64,000 nucleotides of DNA from Mobula birostris (taxonomy: Eukaryota), in NCBI RefSeq assembly GCF_030028105.1, contig NC_092382.1, positions 100,084,699 through 100,148,698 on the forward strand. Direction: 5' to 3'. The translations under genes were made by a program, and so were the position numbers. A model generated the notes under the pieces. It worked only from the letters and a program-made list of their open reading frames with translations, was not told the DNA's origin and did no database searches. Shown here in pieces: positions 23,985-36,214 of this stretch (positions are counted from its first letter, which is position 1; each line of letters starts with the position of its first letter).

Positions 23985-24350
23985 GCCCACGGCCTCCTCT
24001 ACCACACTCCGGCTGGAGGATCAAAACCTTATATTCCGTCTGGTTAGCCTCCAACCTGATAACATGAACATTGACTTCATTAACTTCCGTTAATGCCCCT
24101 CCTCCCGTTCTTGCACCATCCTTTAGTTATTTTACTGTCTGTCTAGCTAATCATTTATTATTTTATTCCTTTTTGTCTCTCTGTTTTTTTCTCTCTCTGT
24201 CCCTCTCACAATAACTCCTTCTCTCCATCTTCCTCTAGCGCTCCCCTCCCTCTTTCTTTCTCCCTCGGCCACCGGTGCCATGATCATCTCCCTTCTCCAG
24301 CCTTGTATCCCTTTAGCCAGTCAACGTTCCTGCTCTTAGCTCTATCCCTC
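23985..24350 (+). mobile_element. Penelope-like element 3' remnant (GIY-YIG C-terminus)
   Basis: 24001-24093 translates TTLRLEDQNLIFRLVSLQPDNMNIDFINFR*. Confidence 0.65.
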
Positions 24351-26070
24351 CCCTTGAGGGAATGGCGTCAGCCTCCACCAGTCAGACGTTCGACTCACGC
24401 CAGCGTCAGTAACACGTTCACCTCGAGACCATGTGGGTTTTCATCGGGTGCTCCCGTTTCCTCTAAAGACATAAAGTTGTCGGAATGCTAAGATGGCGCC
24501 GCGGTGCCTTGCACAGAGAACAGCAGGACATTAGGGAGTGCTGTAGCGTACAGAGATACACGAATAAAGCAATTAAGTGCACTGAAATTGCCGCGTCGCA
24601 GAAAGATAAGTGGACCGGTCTAGAGTCGGCATGTTCAGGCGAGCTACTGGAGATCCGCCAACAAACTTGAGTGTGCGGAACTTCCCTCACCTGAACTCTG
24701 AACTGATTCTGCAAACTTCAGCCTCACTTTCAAGGACATTGCAAGTAATTTTCCGATTATAATTTTTTTCTCTTTGCACGATTTTTATTTTCTTTTTCCA
24801 TATTTGTTGGTCAGTTAGTCTTAGGTTTTGTATAGTTATTCACGAAGTTATGCATTTTTTCCCAGTAAAAGCCTGCAATTAATTGAGTCTCCAGGTTGAC
24901 TATATCGCAATATATATACTTTGATAATAAATTGATATTGACTTGGCCTTTGACATTACCGGGGCCTGTAAGATCTCGGGAGCATAGAGAAGATGCATCA
25001 TCATTGTCTCCCGAGGAAGGAGAGATTAAACACAAATTATGTTGCTGGACAAGTGTTTATACTCAGATCGTGTCAGACACACGGAATGAGTTGCTGCTAG
25101 AAGGAGTAGAGGCGGCTACGTTTACAACATCCCGGCCGGTACACAGGTGGGAAAATCTTTATGGATTTATTCAGTGAACGGAGACATATAGAATTTGAAC
25201 ACACACGGCCCAGTAGTACCGCAGCTCCAAGCCAAAAGAGGGCGCTCTAAGACCATGGGTGTGGATATTGACTTCTGGTTGGGCAGCTGCCGTTCACTCA
25301 CCCAGTCACTGCATCACACAAGAACCGCGTGTTCTGGACCACCAGATTCATGTCTCACCCGCGCTCGCTGAATTTGCCTCTATCCCGCAATGAGTGATTA
25401 AATAAAGCTGAAACATCAAAGGTTCAGATAGGGTTTGTGCAATTTTATCGAAGATGTCATCTCAGGGGACGGAGAGAAAGATGGGTACAGGTGGGCACAT
25501 AGATCACCAGACCAGAGGCAGATAATAGTCAGATGAATCACTCTCTGGAACTAACTCAGCTATGAAGTCGACACGGAAACTTGTCCTTCACCAGTTTTCA
25601 CGTTTATCCGTGAATTCCGATGTACAAAACATTCATCATGATGAGGTCCTTTGCAATGTTTTTTCCTGTTTCCGAGCAACGTGTTTCAATGGTGGAAAGG
25701 CTGGTGTGCCGTTATATTGAAAACACCATCTCAAGAGATGGACAAAAAGACGGGTAGAGGTGGATAAATCGGTAGATGGATATACAGACAACAGGAAATT
25801 AAGAGACAGATAAATAGATATCTAGAATTAATAGATCCATGAAGGCGACAAGGAAGTTTAACTTTTTCGTGGTACCCAATTTCTCAATGGACTGTTTTTT
25901 TTTCCTGTCGTTTCGTTTCCTATTTCGCGGGGGCGGGGGGGGGGGTGTTGGTGAGCCAGTCAGTGACAATGTGGTGTGGTGCTGTAAGTTAACCCTCAGC
26001 CTTTGGCAATCGTCGTTCCCAGCTTCACCTTCAGGACGGGTTCGACTCGCTGTCTCTAAATCTCAAATGA

Positions 26071-26767
26071 ATGATGTTCCTGGTACTACCGCTCACGGTC
26101 TTGTTCCATCGTAAGGAAACTTAACATCTTATTTTATTGATTCATCTTTCTCTTAATCTCCTTTTGTATTTCACGCATCTTCACAGCAACATTTCGTTTC
26201 ATTTTCTTTCCTTTGGCTTGGTCTCCATGTCTTTTCATCTTCTTTCTCTCTCCCTCTCTCTCTCTCTCTCCCTCTCTTTCTCCCTTTCTCTGTCTCTCTG
26301 TCTCTCTCTCTCCCCACCGTCTACCGCTCCTCTCTGTCTCCTTCTCCCTCTCTCCTCTCTCTCCCCCTGTTCTCTGTCAATCTAGCTTTCTCTCTCCCTT
26401 TTACTCCATCTCATCTCTGTGTCCAGAAATCTTTAATGAGCAACTTCTTCCTCCCGGTTTCTCTTACCAGATGCGAATTCGGAGATTATCCGCCAGACCC
26501 CCTCCGTTGTTTCTCGGGCTCTGGGCGAGGCGGTAACGCTCCAGTGCATCGTAGAGGACGGCACCATTTATAAACTGTACTGGTACAGACAATACTCGGG
26601 AAAGGAGCCGCAGAACCTATTCTACTCCACGGCTGCTCAAAGCGTGGCTCCGCACTCGGAGGTGGAGGGGTTCAAAGCCAACCGGCCCAGTAACGCTGCC
26701 TTCACTCTGAGCGCCTCTCGCCTGCAGCTGAACTACACGGCCACATATTTCTGCGCTGGAGGGTCTA
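26071..26767 (+). CDS. TRBV: TCR beta V segment, divergent singleton family C, intact
   Basis: Leader 26071-26110 (MMFLVLPLTVLFH), CT-rich intron 26111-26470, exon ANSEIIRQTPSVVSRALGEAVTLQCIVEDGTIYKLYWYRQ...FKANRPSNAAFTLSASRLQLNYTATYFCAGGS; RSS CACAGCG 26768-26774, 23 nt, GCAATAACC 26798-26806. Confidence 0.85.
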
Positions 26768-27433
26768 CACAGCGATTGACAGCGAGGGAAGCTTCGGGCA
26801 ATAACCCCAACAGAGCAGGTGAGGCTGAATGTAATTCACGTTGAAAGCTAATAGTTCACAGTCAGAAAAGGAAAACAAGACAGTGGCACGGCAAAGACTG
26901 CAGGCAGCATAATGCCGAGACAGCCGATTTGTCCAGTGTTTTCAGACACTGAGGACCCACTTACTGTTGCAATCTCCCGTTGCTTTCTCATGTGTTGTTC
27001 TGACTTCGCCGCCAAATTGCATGCAAATTACTGGATAAGTTCAATAAGAGTATGGCCTTCAGCATGTCGTTTCAGAGCCTGAGGATGATCCGAGATTGCT
27101 GCAGAGGGCTCTGTTGAACCATGAATGCAGAATCCCTTGTCAGCATAACACCAGCATTTTAAAACCTTCTCGTAGCTGAGGTTCCGAATCGTTTTCTATC
27201 ATCGGCTTCCTGAGGGGCTGGCTGTTCTACATTGTTTACCGTATAACCGGTAAGTTTTCAATGAGAATGACGGGAAATTCACCATTCAGACCTCCCAGAC
27301 CCCACCCCCATCGTTCCCCTGGTATACGGCTCAGGAACTCCTTCCTTGTCTGTGATAGATAAATGTAATAGGATAAATGACAAAAAAAATGATCATAAAT
27401 AGATAAAAAAGGAAGAATGGGCAAGTGCAATAA

Positions 27434-27905
27434 NNNNNNNNNNNNNNNNNNNNNNNNNNNNNNNNNNNNNNNNNNNNNNNNNNNNNNNNNNNNNNNNNNN
27501 NNNNNNNNNNNNNNNNNNNNNNNNNNNNNNNNNNNNNNNNNNNNNNNNNNNNNNNNNNNNNNNNNNNNNNNNNNNNNNNNNNNNNNNNNNNNNNNNNNNN
27601 NNNNNNNNNNNNNNNNNNNNNNNNNNNNNNNNNNNNNNNNNNNNNNNNNNNNNNNNNNNNNNNNNNNNNNNNNNNNNNNNNNNNNNNNNNNNNNNNNNNN
27701 NNNNNNNNNNNNNNNNNNNNNNNNNNNNNNNNNNNNNNNNNNNNNNNNNNNNNNNNNNNNNNNNNNNNNNNNNNNNNNNNNNNNNNNNNNNNNNNNNNNN
27801 NNNNNNNNNNNNNNNNNNNNNNNNNNNNNNNNNNNNNNNNNNNNNNNNNNNNNNNNNNNNNNNNNNNNNNNNNNNNNNNNNNNNNNNNNNNNNNNNNNNN
27901 NNNNN
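27434..27905. other. Assembly gap (472 N)
   Basis: Run of N. Confidence 1.
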
Positions 27906-28074
27906 ATCAATAGATACTGATAGATAGATAGTTAGATATATATAGATAGATAGAGAGCAGGCACACCCGGTCCTCGAGCCGCGGCCCTCGGTATTGGTCC
28001 GGTTTAATCCCAGCCTAATTACAGGACAAGTTACAGTGACCAATTTACCTTCTGACCGGTACCTCTTTCAGCTG

Positions 28075-28220
28075 TGGGGGGATACCAGTACAACCGGGGG
28101 TAACCCACGCGGTCACCAGGAGAACGTACAAACTCCACACAGCCAGCGGCGGGAATTGAACCTGAGTCACCTGCACTACAAAGCGTTTGTGCTAACCACT
28201 ACGACTGCGTGCCGCCAATG
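28075..28220 (-). mobile_element. V-SINE/HE1-like SINE remnant
   Basis: Reverse complement of the ggagtttgtacgttctcc...gcgtgggtt core with a tRNA B-box-like gggaattgaacc; another copy on + at ~28860-29030. Confidence 0.65.
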
Positions 28221-30234
28221 TCGATGCGTTCAATAGCGGGGAGGATCTGTGGCGGGCTGTGCGACATCTGACGCTATTTGTCGGCGTATCCGTTTATGGA
28301 CATTGGTGTTTCCGTGTCTGGCCGTGATGCAAGCCGTCAGGATGCCAAAATATAAGTTTGTCAAATTCGGATGTCCTGCTGAATCTGCTCAACATCTAGA
28401 AAAGTTGAGGTACTGCTGCTCCTCTTTGAAATGTCACTTACGCGCAGGTTCCCGGGCGGATCCTCTGATATGATAATGCAGAGGAATTTATAGTTGCTGA
28501 CCCTCTCCAACCACATCCCCTCATGACCACAAATTCATGGACCTCGGTTTGGTCCTCCTGTATTCAATCATTAGTCCTTTAGTCATGCTGACATCAGTGA
28601 GAGGTTGTTGTTGCACCATTTAACCGGATTTTCATTCTCCCTCCCAGACGCATATTCGCAGCACCGTTGCTTTGCCCAACAACAACGCTGTCATTGGAAA
28701 ATTTAAATAAGAGTCATCAGTATGCTGAGCACAGAGACTCGCGGAGCACCCGTGCTGATGAAAGAAATAAACAAACAAAAGAATGAAAGAATGAACGGAA
28801 GGACGGCAGGAGAAAAGGGAGAAAGAGAAAATAAGTGTGCTCGCGTGTGGAAAAGTTTCTACGTCCTTAACTCGAGCACGTGGGTTACCTCCTGGGGTTC
28901 CGGTTTCCTCTCAGAGACCAAGGTAGCGGTTAGTAGGTTAATTGGTCACTATAAATTGTCCTTTGCTTAGTTAAGTGTTTGCTGGACGACGCGACTAGTT
29001 AGGCCGGGAGGGCTGTTCTGCACTGTACATTCCAGTAAATACCAAAGAAGACTTCGGAGAATCAAGAAGACAAATTTTCCCAAGATGCCCGTGGGCCGGT
29101 TTGTCCCCTTCATGCAAGAACTTCATGGTGTCATGAGAACAATCGGGCGAAATTTCGAATAAAACAACGTCAGCATTGGATTGCCTTGTTTAAATTGGTA
29201 CCGCGGCATATTGTTTTTCTCTTCGGTAAAGTTGCGAGGGAGTACAAAGGCTCTGCCTGTTCACCATCGTCTTCCCTTCCCGGCATGCCTTTCTTCTGTT
29301 CCGTCCGCTTACCGTCATACTACAGTTCCGGCGGCTTTCCCCAATTCTCCCCCAGTCGCCGCCCTACAGTCCCACTCTCTCCTGTAATCTTCTCTGGCTG
29401 TTAACTCCCTTTCACGAAAGAACTATAACATCTCTCAAGTGCCCCGTTCATTTCCTTTGTTTGGTCTAAATCTTCAGCTCTCTCCCGGGGCAGATGCGTC
29501 GGCAATGACGGCGCCAGGTGCGCGGGAAAGGCAGACTCTGACGTAGAAACTGTCACCAGAGTTATTTGTGAGCTTTTCAAAAAGAATATTGATGGTCCGG
29601 GCGAACGACACAACGAGACGTATCATTCGCAAAACTAGGAACTAACGATTAGCGCAGATCGGGTGTCCGTTTGCACAATCCACCGAACATTTTAGTTCCG
29701 CACATCATCTTACACCTTACACTCAGTGCCCTCGATAAGGAATGGGAGGCCGTTTCTCCCTTCGCAAGGACGATGGTCGCAGGGCGGCGTAACGTCCCCT
29801 CTGAGAGAAAATAACTTTAGCATGGATCGATGGACGCCGAAATTCACAGGGATTATTTTAAGTATAAATGCAATCGCAAGCAAAAAAAATAAACTCCGGC
29901 GTAGTGGTAACTGTTCCATTAATGACAGGACTTTCTGAAGAATCAAGTGACAGTCAATGTAATGAAATCCCACTGTTTCTTTTCCACCTCACATTCCGGT
30001 AAATCGGTGTCAGTTCGGGGCTTGTCGGAGTGTGCTGGGTGTGCTGACGTCACAAGGCTGGTGTAAGAGCTTGCATCTTGCCGGAAGATCGGCCACCTGC
30101 TCTCTCCTCGTTGTTACCAAACCGTCTGCTTGCAATCCACATCGCGTTTCCTCTGTCAAACAAAACAACAAAACAGGACACGGCCACACGGCCACGTGTG
30201 CTCGCCTCTGCCACGCCGTTTACATGCAGTCTGG

Positions 30235-30273
30235 GGTTTTTGTCGAACTCTTCCCTCGCGGCGAGTCACTGTG
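30235..30273 (-). other. Perfect 23-RSS of the inverted V
   Basis: + strand GGTTTTTGT 30235-30243, 23 nt, CACTGTG 30267-30273. Confidence 0.95.
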
Positions 30274-30949
30274 AATACTCCACGCGCAAAAGTACACGGC
30301 CGAGTGATTCCCCCGCAGGCTGGTGGTCACCAGTTTGGCCTCGTTATCTTTCGTCGTCTGCAGGGTAAATCCATCGACCTCCCCGTCGGGATCCTTAACG
30401 TTAGCACCGTAGCTGTAGAACATGAACTGCGGCTCCTGCCCCGGGTACTGCCGGTACCAGTACACGTAGTAAGTGCCGCTGCCCTCCACGCTGCAGGTCA
30501 GGGCCATCGGCTGCCCCGGTGAACCGGAAAAAACCGGAGGCGTCTGCTGGATCGTTTGCGAGCTCGCGGCTGGGGAAGAGAGGAGAGGGGTATGACGTCA
30601 GTAGGCAGGTAGACTCGGATCATGGAGACAGGGAGGAAAGAAGGAGAAAGAGAGATGCAGGAAGCAGAGGCATAAAAGGAGTAGAGAAAGAGATGGGGAA
30701 GAAATAGAGAGAGCGAGAGAATAAAAGAAAATAATTGGAATTGGACGGACAGAGGTGAGAACTAAATATCAAAGGAGCGCGACGATGGAATAAGTAAGAA
30801 AGAAACACAGAAGAGCGATGGGGAAACAAATATTACAAGAATTAACGGAGCACAGGAAGGGTAATGTAGAACTGGTTCCTTAAAATGTTCGCAAATTGAA
30901 ACTGTCCTTTGCCGTGAAACCAGAACAGCAGCTCCAATAACACGAACAT
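30274..30949 (-). CDS. TRBV: Inverted TCR beta V segment (D), TRBV30-like
   Basis: Leader 30949-30913 (MFVLLELLFWFH), intron with GC donor 30912-30570, exon 30569-30274 ASSQTIQQTPPVFSGSPGQPMALTCSVEGSGTYYVYWYRQ...YFCAWS; GC box and GGTGACGCG upstream at ~31050-31076. Confidence 0.85.
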
Positions 30950-32569
30950 CTTTGAACTTAGACCGTTTCCTCCAAGTGGAAAGGAGATCGGAACGAACAA
31001 CCTTTTGAATGCCTTGTCAGGTCATGGGCGAACGCATGAAGCTCCGCCCCTCACCCACGCGTCACCGAGTTGCGACACCGGAAGCTTAGAGCTTGAATGG
31101 TGTGTGGATCAATTCATTTGCCGATTCTGATGTCAGTCGGAAGGCCGGGCCCCATTCCAATTTCAGCAGGACAACGGGAGCTGTCCCTTCAGTCCCGGAC
31201 ACGACGATCTAACCTCAATGTCACAAACAGAGTCATTGTACCGTTTTGGGAGGCGGAGAGAGGAATATAAGGAGGAAGGTACGGATTACGTTCAGCAGAA
31301 AGACAGATTAATTTCGTATATGGTGGACCAAAGTGCCTTTTCCCGTGTTGTTCATGAATTGCAAATAACAGAGTTGTAGAATATATGTTACAGACTGTGA
31401 CCTCTCGGCCCAAATGTTTGTTGCTTCAGGGGTGTAAATGGTAGCGTCGTATACGACTGCATCACGGAAACAATCGCTTTGGTCCAACTGGAAACCTCCT
31501 ATAAATAACCTCATAACTCCCGTCATGCAAGCTATGATCATGCCAGCAATTTGGCAGTGATGACGTTTGCAGTGGACATTGAAAGCGTGTAGCACGAAAT
31601 TTTCCAGAAGTCAGCGAACAAAGCGAAGCAAAAGTGAATACCTGCCAACCAATTCAGCTGCGCGTTATATTTCGAGAATGGGGTTAACCGTCAAGCAACC
31701 GCTTTACTCTGCGACCCAGCAGCTGGGACTTGGACAGCCCAAAGTCTTAATCTTGTGTAGAGTGCCACCGTGCGGCGGCAATAAGAATAATCCTGGCACA
31801 GCAACTTGTGGAAAGGAGACAGTCGCGACTACTGCGAGAATATTTGGCCATATGTGATGGTGCTGTGATGGAATCGACTGCTAACCCCACTAATCCTAAC
31901 CATAACCCGGTCCCTGCAAATGCCTGCTAGAAAATGAATCTCTGGCTTGTCTATGGTGCCGTGTACACTGATAGTACATTTATCTTGACTGGGACCTTGA
32001 CTTTATCAAGGCCTGTAAAAATCTCCGGCAGCACAGCTAAGATGTATCATCATTATTTTCCGGGGGGAGGAGGGATTAGCCCCAAATTACAGAATTTAAT
32101 ATTGAGGGACATCTGTTTATTCTCAGATGAAGTTAGACAGCTGGAATGAATTATTGGATGAAGCAGTAGAGAAGGGTACGTTTACACCATTCGGGCAGGT
32201 ACACCGATTGTAAAGCTTCAAGGATGTGTTGAGTAAATGGAGGCAAATAGAATTAAAGTAGACAGGACCATGAGGCACCTAATGTGCAGATCCGTCTGTC
32301 GGCGGAACAGCTGCATTTGGACGGGACTCTGAGATGTAGGATCGTGAAACCTTTTCCTGTCACTAGGCTTGCGGCTGTCATTCACAAGATTTCCTGTGGT
32401 GCCAGCTGTTCTGCGCAGACTGCAATTCAACCATTGGTGTTTTGCTTAGGACGACATGGAATTCATCGCTCAAACTCCACCGTCCTATACCGTGGAAATG
32501 ACTCGGCAATTCCTTCCACTTCCTTGAAACCTATTTCAATTTCTATTCCCGTTAACAAGAATTACGCCA

Positions 32570-33835
32570 AAGTGTAAAGAATAATTCAAGTAGATAGAGA
32601 GTGACAGATAGCCAACAAAATGGGGAGATAGACAGACAGTGAGGCAGACAGTTTCCCCTCGTATTACTCCTAAACCTTTGCCCCCTAGCACTCAACTCAT
32701 GTCCTCTTGTTTGAATCTCCCCTACTCTCAATGGAAAAAGCCTATCCAAGTCAACTCTGTCTACCCCCCTCATAAATTCAAGTATTTCTATCAAGCTCCC
32801 CACCCCCCAACCTTCTACGCTCCAAAGGATAAAGACTTAACTTGTTCAACCATTCTTTGTAACTTAGGAGATGAAACCCAGATAACATTCTAGTAAATCT
32901 TCTCTGTATTCTCTCTATTTTGTTGACATCTTTCCTATAATTCGGTGAATAGAACTGTACACAATACTCCAAATTTGGCCTCACCAATGCCTTATACAAT
33001 TTCAACGTTAGATCCCAACTCCTATACTCAATGCTCTGATTAATAAAGGCCAGCATACCAAAAGCTTTCTTCACCACCCTATCTACATGAGTCTCCATCT
33101 TCTGGGAACTATGGCCCATTATTCCTAGATCTCACTGTTCTACTGTATATTTCAATGCCCCACCATCTACCATGTATGTCCTATTTTGATTAGTCCTACC
33201 AAGATGTAGCACATCACACTTATCAGCATTAAACTCCATTTGCCATCTTTCAGCCCACTCTTCTAACTGGCCTGAATTTCCCTGCAAGCTTTGAAAGTCT
33301 ACTTCATTATCCAGAACGCCACCTATCTTAGTATCATCTGCATACTTACTAATGCAATTTACCACCGCATCATCCAGATCATTAATGTATATGACAAACA
33401 ACATTGGACCCAGTACAGATCCCTGAGTCACAGCACTAGTTACTGGCCTCCAACCTGAAAACAGTTATTCACCAGTACTCTCTGGCGTTTCCCATCCAGC
33501 CACTGGTGAATCCATTTTACTACTTCAATATTAATACCTAACGATTGAACCTTCCTAATTAACCTTCCGTGAGGAACCTTGTCAAAGGCCTTACTGAAGT
33601 CCATATAGACAACATCCATCGCTTTACCCTAGTCAACTATCCTAGTAACCTCTTCAAAAAATTCTATAAGATTTGTCAAACATGACCTTCCACCCACAAA
33701 GCCATGTTGACTGTTGCTAATCAGACCCTGTCTATCCCGACAATTATATATACCATCTCTAAGAATACTTTCCATCAATTTACCCACCACTGACGTCAAA
33801 CTCACAGGCCGATAATTGCTCGGTTTACTCTTAGT
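32570..33835 (-). mobile_element. CR1-clade LINE fragment
   Basis: QGSVLGPMLFVIYINDLD, KYADDTKIGG, YKALVRPNLEYCVQF on the minus strand. Confidence 0.9.
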
Positions 33836-34081
33836 AAACTGAGCGTCCCAGTTTCAAATCGTCCGAAAGTATCTGCATTGCATGAACTCATCTCGGGCCT
33901 CGTCGTCGGCTCCACGAAAATGAAAAAAGCCCGAAGGCATTTAACACGGCGGAAGTGACGTAATCACCACAAAGACAAAGGGAATCTGGTTCCTTTATTA
34001 GACCAGACAGCTGGACTTCCCTGAGAGCTGGTTCTGAGCTTCACCTGATTCACAAGAGGAAGTTTCCTCATCCTGTAGGTG

Positions 34082-34970
34082 ATGGTGCGGAGGACGATTT
34101 GCCTCCAGCTGATCGTGGCCATGATCCCACGTAAGTAAAAATCACAGATCTAAGGAGAAAGGGGTTTTGAATGTCCTGTGTGGAACGAAATTGTTCAACA
34201 TGGGACGTGTTTCGGCTTGGCAGATTTTCTCCACATGAGGCCGAAGATTTGATGCCTACCTTGATACTCATGAGCCGAATGAGAAAGCACCTTCCCACTG
34301 GTAAATCTTTGCCGCGCTGGTCGAACTGACCCAGTTGAAATTGAATGTCTCATTCAGTTTCGCCAAGCCTGGAAGAGGATTTCGTTATTACTCCGGGGGT
34401 GCGTGGGGCTTTGCGCCAAAATTGAAGACGGACTAAATGAAATTATGCTGGACGACATCTAACACCGCTTCCTCACTGCGGTGCGAGTAATCTTGTTTTG
34501 TCTGGCTGTGTGTACGTGTGTGTCAGGATGGTGCATTGCGCCTATTGCACGTTGCAGAATAGTGTGAACCTTCGGGTTAACCTGAGAGTGGACAGCCCTT
34601 TCCTTCTGTCTGAATTACACGCGCGCTGATCAACAATTGAGTGGCACTGGAGAGTAATCGATTTTCTGTTTTACAGGGATTCTGGGCGCGTTCGTCGAGC
34701 AGTCGCCTTCCTCCTTGTCAGTCGGAGAGGGTGAGACGGCTAGCGTCTCATGTACGCTGTTGGGAACGGAACATACTCGCACGTATTGGTACAGGCAGCG
34801 ATCCGACCAGGCAATAGATTCTCTTTTCGCTTCTTTTGGGCAAGGTTCGGTTACGAACTACACATCCGATTCCTACACGGCGATAAGACCCAGCAGCACT
34901 CTGTTTAAACTGGAGCTGAGAAAGGCATCGTCCTCCCACTCTGCCGTCTACTACTGCGGTTCTGGTAGCG
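34082..34970 (+). CDS. TRBV: TCR beta V segment, family A (A2), intact
   Basis: Leader 34082-34130, exon 34677-34970 ending YYCGSGS; RSS CACAGAA 34971-34977, 23 nt, ACAAAAAAA 35001-35009. Confidence 0.87.
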
Positions 34971-35049
34971 CACAGAACTTGACATAACGAGTCTCTCACT
35001 ACAAAAAAAATTCCCACCAGACGCAGGGAAGTTTCGTGGTCCTGTTGCA

Positions 35050-35064
35050 CCACTAGATGGCAGC
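35050..35064 (+). promoter_or_regulatory. CTCF motif
   Basis: CCACTAGATGGCAGC, ~40 bp after the A2 nonamer. Confidence 0.75.
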
Positions 35065-35768
35065 ACGGGATTGTGTTTGACTGTCCCTTTTGGTCACGAA
35101 CCAGCAACCTTCAGCTGGCTCTTTTAAAATGCCTCAGATATCACAATGACGAGAATTGCATTATGATGTATAACTGCTGCGTATGGAAAATGCACTTCAA
35201 TCCAAGGCAATAAAAAACCGCAGAGAGACGTGCACCTGTCTCAGCACACCGTGGATTCCTGCTTCGCGCCTATCCATCGCGATAGCTCAGTAAAGCAACG
35301 AGAATAACCAAAGATTCCATCCACCACTCGAGCAGCTTCTCACCCGCTGTAACAGGACTCTGGAACCGGCTACTTGCACGAGAGGATGGTGCAGTGACGT
35401 GTACTCCTGACGTCACCATCTACCTCATTAAGGTCGTGCTCACCTGCGCTGCATTTTCTCCGACGGTTTTAAAGTTTGTAGATGTGCCTTATTGCACATC
35501 AATCCGCAGTGTGTGATCTTTCGGCGCGTGTGCGTGTGTGTGAGTTTCCCCGCTGAAACGGCTCTGACTAAAATGCTGCGTTCACTCTCTCTTTTCGGCT
35601 TTTGAATGACAGCTGAAGGAATGTGTACCTCTTACAACTGCACCGGAGGCTAAAGACGTCATCCGGCCTATCGGTTGCAGACAATGATTCGCCAGCGCAG
35701 TGTATTTCATCTGAAAGCAGGCCATGAGCAACACTCCAACCCGTAGCCCGTCAGCTTCCACCCGGTGA

Positions 35769-36214
35769 AAGATTGGTGAGTGGAGCGCATTGCCCTGCGC
35801 TGATCGTCTCCTTGAATCCGCGTAAGTCATGAAAACAGATGTTCAGGGAAAATATCTGACATTCGTAGAACGAGCTATCAATTCCTGAGACAAAAAAAAA
35901 AAGACTCAGAGAGTTTTTTTAACTGTCTGGTAAAGACTCCGGCCGCATACCGTGTATAAGTTGTCCTCTTCCCTGTCAGTTCGGTCGGGCGAGTTAAGCA
36001 TCGTCCAATGTGCGCTGTGCAATACGGGCTATCCTCGCACATATTGGTGCAGACAACAACCTGACCAGGCACTAAAAGCGATTCCGCTGGGACAGACATA
36101 GTTAAGAATTACACGTCTCGGTTCTACACGGCAACGAGAACCAGTGTCACGTCGTTCAAACCGCCTTGCACGCTCGCTGTGCCATCTGATTCTGCGCCTC
36201 CGCCAATAAAAACC
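35769..36214 (+). pseudogene. TRBV: Decayed family A' V pseudogene, paralogue of 2159-2606
   Basis: Leader remnant with GTAAGT donor at 35822, frameshifted V, heptamer deleted, nonamer remnant ATAAAAACC. Confidence 0.7.

Noticed and set aside
27236-28043. Long ORFs full of X
   Set aside because: Artefacts of the N gap
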